A DNA stretch of 32,000 nt from Bacillota bacterium (lineage in GTDB: Bacteria > Bacillota > Clostridia > Christensenellales > Christensenellaceae), in the NCBI GenBank assembly GCA_023408315.1, contig JAEYKI010000013.1, positions 4,721-36,720 of the forward strand, written 5' to 3'. The position numbers and the translations under genes are program-made. The first letter of the stretch is position 1, and each line of letters opens with the position of its first letter. Below, piece by piece: positions 28,628 to 32,000 of the stretch. The notes under the pieces were generated by a model. That model was given only the letters and a program-made list of their open reading frames with translations, ran no database searches and was not told the DNA's origin.

Positions 28628-28702
28628 TATCAACCCTCCTTAATAAATATCGTTATAAAATATCATAAAGCAACTAAAAAATCAATGCATTCAAGGTATA
28701 CC

Positions 28703-29581
28703 TCACCGCCTTTCCCGGTTGAGCCGTATCATGTTATTGATCTGCGACGTCCAGTGCGTTTCGCTGGTCGCCCTGGCGTTGTACAGCGCTGTCAAAAGAT
28801 AGTTCCGCACATTCCGCACCGGCTCGCCCAACGCGGTGATCCCGTTGATCACGCTGGAGATATCGTTGTGCCGCAGCTCCAGAAACCGTTGCCGCACGGC
28901 CTGGGCGTCCATCACCGCGCCGTTCACCTTGAATGTCTTTTCCTCCCCGCACAGCACGTCCATCATCAGCATATATATTGATTCTGCCAGCTTGCTGACC
29001 TGCGGCTCGTAAGACATCAGCATGTCGTACTCGATGTTTTCTTTCACCAAAAAGGAATATCTGTCCATCCGATCCATCCATTCCGTACCTACTGTAGGAT
29101 GGATAGATAGATCTATATCCTTTATAGACTTGTTAATATTAGTGTCCGAAATTACCGTGTCCGAAGATTTGAGACACGGTTGGTTTGCCGTGTCCGAAAA
29201 TTTCGGACACGGTGAAAATCCCTCTCTTATCACATTTTTAGGGTTTGCCACAAGTATGTATACGTTACGCTTATACTTTCCGGTACTCCGTTTTTGTCCA
29301 ACTCGAACATAATCATACTTTTTAAGCTCTTCAAGGTATTTATAATACGTGTCTTTATTCACCCCCAAATCTTTCACTATGGTATCTCTGCCGGGAAAAG
29401 CCGTATTACCTGAACCTGCATAGCTGCAAAAGTATGCATAGATCGCTTTCGCTTGAATTGGCAGGCGGCGGTCTTTCATAACTATTTTGGGAATAGTTCC
29501 AAACCCCCTCGCATTTACGCCTTCAATCCGTATTTCGTCCACCAGGCTTTCTTCTACGCCCTTGCTATTGTTCTTGTCCAT
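28703..29581 (-). CDS. Winged-HTH Rep-like / replisome-organizer-like protein
   Basis: The N-terminus GFGTIPKIVMKDRRLPIQAKAIYAYFCSYAG.GNTAFPGRDTIVKDLGVNKDTYYKYLEELKKYDYV is a typical wHTH of plasmid/ICE replication-initiator-like proteins. The central linker is encoded by DNA palindromes. The C-terminal domain is uncharacterized. Confidence 0.6.
   Translation of the reverse strand: MDKNNSKGVEESLVDEIRIEGVNARGFGTIPKIVMKDRRLPIQAKAIYAYFCSYAGSGNTAFPGRDTIVKDLGVNKDTYYKYLEELKKYDYVRVGQKRSTGKYKRNVYILVANPKNVIREGFSPCPKFSDTANQPCLKSSDTVISDTNINKSIKDIDLSIHPTVGTEWMDRMDRYSFLVKENIEYDMLMSYEPQVSKLAESIYMLMMDVLCGEEKTFKVNGAVMDAQAVRQRFLELRHNDISSVINGITALGEPVRNVRNYLLTALYNARATSETHWTSQINNMIRLNRERR
29142..29212. repeat. 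Half-site plus two adjacent 25-bp palindromes (GTGTCCGAA motif) inside the Rep-like CDS
   Basis: GTGTCCGAA is at 29142-29150. CCGTGTCCGAAGATTTGAGACACGG is at 29155-29179 (imperfect). CCGTGTCCGAAAATTTCGGACACGG is at 29188-29212 (perfect). Confidence 0.85.
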
Positions 29582-29594
29582 GCGTGATCCCCCT

Positions 29595-29849
29595 TCAAAT
29601 TGCTGTCATTGGTATTTCAAGTTCCTGGACAATCATGTCGCAAACTTCACTGGAATCAAGGAGTAACAGAAACAGCAGCCGCTGCCCCTCCACCACCTGT
29701 ACGCGCCCATCCAGAAGATAATGCTTGCGGTACTCTTCCTCCGGCAACTGCCGGAACACCGCAAAAGCAATCTCTCCGTTCGGGCGCATAACTGGCAGTG
29801 TCGTATAAGCTGGCTCCCTCTGTTCGTCCCCGATCCGCTCTACCGTCAT
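29595..29849 (-). CDS. 84-aa protein of unknown function, first gene after the repeat array
   Basis: The ATG at 29847-29849 lies 4 nt after AAGGAGGTGA (MTVERIGDEQREPAYTTLPVMRPNGEIAFAVF..). There is a 13-nt gap to the Rep-like gene, so the two probably form an operon. Confidence 0.55.
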   Translation of the reverse strand: MTVERIGDEQREPAYTTLPVMRPNGEIAFAVFRQLPEEEYRKHYLLDGRVQVVEGQRLLFLLLLDSSEVCDMIVQELEIPMTAI

Positions 29850-29881
29850 CTCGTCACCTCCTTGTATGCTGTTTGCAGGAT

Positions 29882-29931
29882 ACAAAAAACGCCCAAGGCT
29901 GTACGGGTTTTGATGCGTTAGCCTGGGCGTT
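29882..29931 (-). terminator. Terminator-like hairpin in the leader of the 84-aa/Rep-like operon (possible attenuator)
   Basis: On the minus strand AACGCCCAGGC, a 21-nt loop and GCCTTGGGCGTT are followed by TTTTTTGT. The SD of the 84-aa gene starts about 20 nt later. Confidence 0.5.
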
Positions 29932-29938
29932 CGGTTTT

Positions 29939-30227
29939 ATGTACCTGCCAGGTACATGGTTTTGCCGTTTTTTATGTACCTGGGATGTACAATGTACCTG
30001 CTGGGTACATGGTTTGGCTGTTTTTATGTACCTGGGATGTACAATGTACCTGCCGGGTACATGGCTTTGCTGTTTTTTATGTACCTGAGATGTACAATGT
30101 ACCTGCCGGGTACATGGTTTTACCATTTTTTATGTACCTGGGATGTACAATGTACCTGCTGGGTACATGGTTTTACTGTTTTTTATGTACCTGAGATGTA
30201 CAATGTACCTGCCGGGTACATGGCTTA
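29939..30227. repeat. One half unit plus five tandem 52-53-bp direct repeats built from ATGTACC/GGTACAT heptads (right array)
   Basis: Units start at 29974, 30026, 30079, 30132 and 30185, with a half unit at 29939. The consensus is ATGTACCTG(G/A)GATGTACAATGTACCTGC(C/T)GGGTACATGG(T/C)TTT.C.GTTTTTT. The last unit abuts the helicase stop codon (30225-30227). Confidence 0.95.
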
Positions 30228-32000
30228 CCGTTCCCAATCATCCCCCCTCTGTTGTTCGCGCGGCTCTGCTTCGGGTATTTCGTCTTCTTCCTGCAGCACA
30301 ACCGGCTTATCCGGCTTGTCCAGGCTCAGTTCGATATTCAGGGCGGCTACCTGCTCCAATTTTCCGGTCAATTCCTGTTCATATGGAAAAGGCTTCGCTT
30401 TTTCAACAACCGCGTCCTCCACCTCCCTGGTATATTGCTGTATCCGCTCCTGCGCCTGCTCGATCCGCTCGTCCAGGCCGTGCAGGGCATTGTCCAGGCG
30501 CTGGATCAACCCTATGCCGCTTTCGCCCATCTCCACAGGATACGCGAGAGCGCCCTGCAATACCGTGTAATGCTTTTTATGAAAAGCGTCAAAACGCATG
30601 CCAACATCAAACCCGCAGTAGGTTCCTGCCTTTATTGTCCGGTCAGGATCGGTTACTTGTTTGGCCAGCTCCCGGAGGCCGTCGCCCGCGGCGGCCTTGT
30701 CCTTATCACCAAAAGTGATCCCCTGGAGCGTCATGGAGAACGGCTGGACTTTATGGGGCGCGTAGGCGGTACGGTCATCCTTGAGCTTGCGCAGCACATC
30801 ATTCTCATTTTTGATCTGCTGGGGCAGGCTGTAGCGGATCGCTTCCTCCAGCCGGTACTGCTGTGTCCTGTGCTGGTTCTTAAGCATCTGCAGCCGGACT
30901 ATCTCCAAATCCAGGTTCATCTTATCCTTTATTTTCGGGTTGCCGCTTGCTATGGCCTTAACCTCCGCATAGGAAAGCGTATCCTGGTCTATATCGTCCA
31001 TCCGGCGTGCCGGGGGCTTGTTGGTCATGATCTGGCTGATAAACCGCTGCTTATTCTCCAAAATCTGGTAATTGTAACTGTCGAATGTCCCTTCTGTTAC
31101 GTAGCGGTACATCTCCACTTCATCGTTTGTATTCCCTTGCCGGAGTATCCGGCCATGCCGCTGTGTTAAATCCCGTGGCCGCCAGGGGCAGTCAAGATCA
31201 TGGACAGCGTACAGCAGCCGCTGCACGTTTGTCCCGGCCCCCATCCTTGCCGTGCTGCCCATCAGGATACGGACTTTGCCGCTGCGCACCTTTCCAAAAA
31301 GGATCTCTTTTTGCATGTCGGTCTTGGCGTCATGTACAAAGGCAATCTCTTCCTCCGGAATGCCCATGGCAATCAGCTTGTTCTTTAAATCGCCATACAC
31401 GTTGTATCCGCCGTTCCCGGGGGTGGACAAATCGCAAAAGATGAGCTGTGTCAGGCGTTCGTCTCTTTTTTCAAACCAAATCCGGAAGGCCCTTTCGGCG
31501 CATGCATTTGTTTTACTGCCGGGGTCGTCCGGCAGCAGCAGATCGATCAGCCGTTGATCCAGCGCCAGCTTCCGCCCATCAATCGTAACGCTCAGCATAT
31601 TGGCTACCCTGGGGTCAACCCTCCCCGCACGTATCCGCTCGGTCAGTTCCACCAGCCCGTCCACCAGCTTCACTTGCATGGCGCTGGGTTTGAGCGCAAC
31701 CGTCTCCACCTTGCCGCCCTTAATGCGCGGCACCGGCAGATTGAGCATCTCAGCCGTTTGCACGTCCGCAAACTCTGCAAACATGGCGGTCAGTTCGGGC
31801 AGGTTGTGGAACGTGGCCAGCCTGGTCTTGGTACGGTATCCCTTGCCCGAAGGCGCAAGCTCCAGCACGGTACGCGTATCGGCGTATACACTCACCCAGG
31901 AATCAAAATGTTCCAGCCCCCGGGCGCATAAATCTCCATACTGCAAATACCGCTGCAAGGTGTACATCTCGGACAGGGTGTTGCTGATGGGCGTACCTGT
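30225..32000 (-). CDS. C-terminal part of a large SF2 (SNF2/DEAD-like) helicase-containing polyvalent protein; the N-terminus lies off the right edge
   Basis: Helicase C-terminal motifs are ..ILMGSTARMGAGTNVQ.. and ..HDLDCPWRPRDLTQRHGRILRQGN... The frame stays open to position 32000. Such proteins on ICEs and plasmids are usually fused to DNA methyltransferase domains, but none is visible here. Confidence 0.75.
   Translation of the reverse strand, partial: TGTPISNTLSEMYTLQRYLQYGDLCARGLEHFDSWVSVYADTRTVLELAPSGKGYRTKTRLATFHNLPELTAMFAEFADVQTAEMLNLPVPRIKGGKVETVALKPSAMQVKLVDGLVELTERIRAGRVDPRVANMLSVTIDGRKLALDQRLIDLLLPDDPGSKTNACAERAFRIWFEKRDERLTQLIFCDLSTPGNGGYNVYGDLKNKLIAMGIPEEEIAFVHDAKTDMQKEILFGKVRSGKVRILMGSTARMGAGTNVQRLLYAVHDLDCPWRPRDLTQRHGRILRQGNTNDEVEMYRYVTEGTFDSYNYQILENKQRFISQIMTNKPPARRMDDIDQDTLSYAEVKAIASGNPKIKDKMNLDLEIVRLQMLKNQHRTQQYRLEEAIRYSLPQQIKNENDVLRKLKDDRTAYAPHKVQPFSMTLQGITFGDKDKAAAGDGLRELAKQVTDPDRTIKAGTYCGFDVGMRFDAFHKKHYTVLQGALAYPVEMGESGIGLIQRLDNALHGLDERIEQAQERIQQYTREVEDAVVEKAKPFPYEQELTGKLEQVAALNIELSLDKPDKPVVLQEEDEIPEAEPREQQRGDDWER

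Larger units (their letters stand above)
16951..32000 (-). mobile_element. Integrated conjugative/mobilizable element, partial; it continues beyond the right edge and its left limit is near 16870-16950
   Basis: A contiguous, visibly GC-rich minus-strand block encodes SSB, a cell-wall hydrolase, VirB4, VirD4, a relaxase, MobC, a Rep-like protein and a large helicase. No recombinase or att site was seen in the window. Confidence 0.75.

Noticed and set aside
29939-30227. The tandem repeat array as a CRISPR array for the nearby type I-C system.
   Set aside because: The units are contiguous with no unique spacers and the period is 53 bp. The sequence is unlike the GC-rich 32-nt I-C repeat, and the array lies 24 kb from cas3 inside a conjugative element. 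The real array should lie beyond cas4/cas1/cas2, off the left edge.
29798-30718. Several overlapping ORFs (96-204 aa) with recurring MYLPGTWF / MYNVPAGYM peptides. A similar ORF lies at 17365-17571.
   Set aside because: They result from translating the 53-bp tandem repeat in two frames and on both strands. The periodic identical peptides, the lack of RBS, and the hairpins and T-runs all indicate non-coding DNA.

Overview
This window is a mosaic accessory region, probably from a Bacillota (Clostridia-like) chromosome; that assignment is inferred from gene families only. From left to right it contains six blocks. (1) 1-6111: minus-strand type I-C CRISPR-Cas genes cas3-cas5-cas8c-cas7 plus the 5' end of cas4. 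cas1, cas2 and the array must lie beyond the left edge, and no CRISPR array is in the window. (2) 6604-8776: a visibly GC-richer, translationally coupled operon of Y-family DNA polymerase, an 88-aa protein and an SRAP (MCGR.. peptidase). (3) 8841-9290: a scar where a 3' fragment of an ssb paralogue abuts an internal fragment of a second polymerase copy. (4) 9622-16262: four collagen-like (G-X-T repeat) BclA-type paralogues. They share a conserved ~95-aa N-terminal module and have divergent C-terminal heads, and they sit with two GT2+TPR glycosyltransferases. A fragment of a second 88-aa/SRAP cassette is embedded at 15290-15410. (5) 16740-16850: an IS3-family transposase fragment. (6) 16951-32000: part of a GC-rich integrated conjugative or mobilizable element, all on the minus strand. 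It carries SSB, an NlpC/P60 hydrolase, VirB4, a Maff2/VirB2-like protein, VirD4, a PcfB-like protein, a relaxase, MobC, an AT-rich cargo gene, a wHTH Rep-like protein, an 84-aa protein and the C-terminus of a large SF2 helicase. The most unusual signals not explained by genes are listed here. (a) 5.5 tandem 53-bp repeats built from ATGTACC/GGTACAT heptads (29939-30227), with an inverted partner array 12.4 kb away (17365-17500). Each array sits next to a terminator hairpin that directly precedes a ribosome-binding site. (b) Two adjacent 25-bp palindromes plus a half-site inside the Rep-like CDS. (c) An AT-rich cargo gene that fuses a guanine-deaminase-like domain to an ATC-hydrolase-like domain. 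(d) The collagen-like paralogue family with an N-terminal module I do not recognise, sitting among element scars. All homology calls come from reading the translations by eye; no searches were run.
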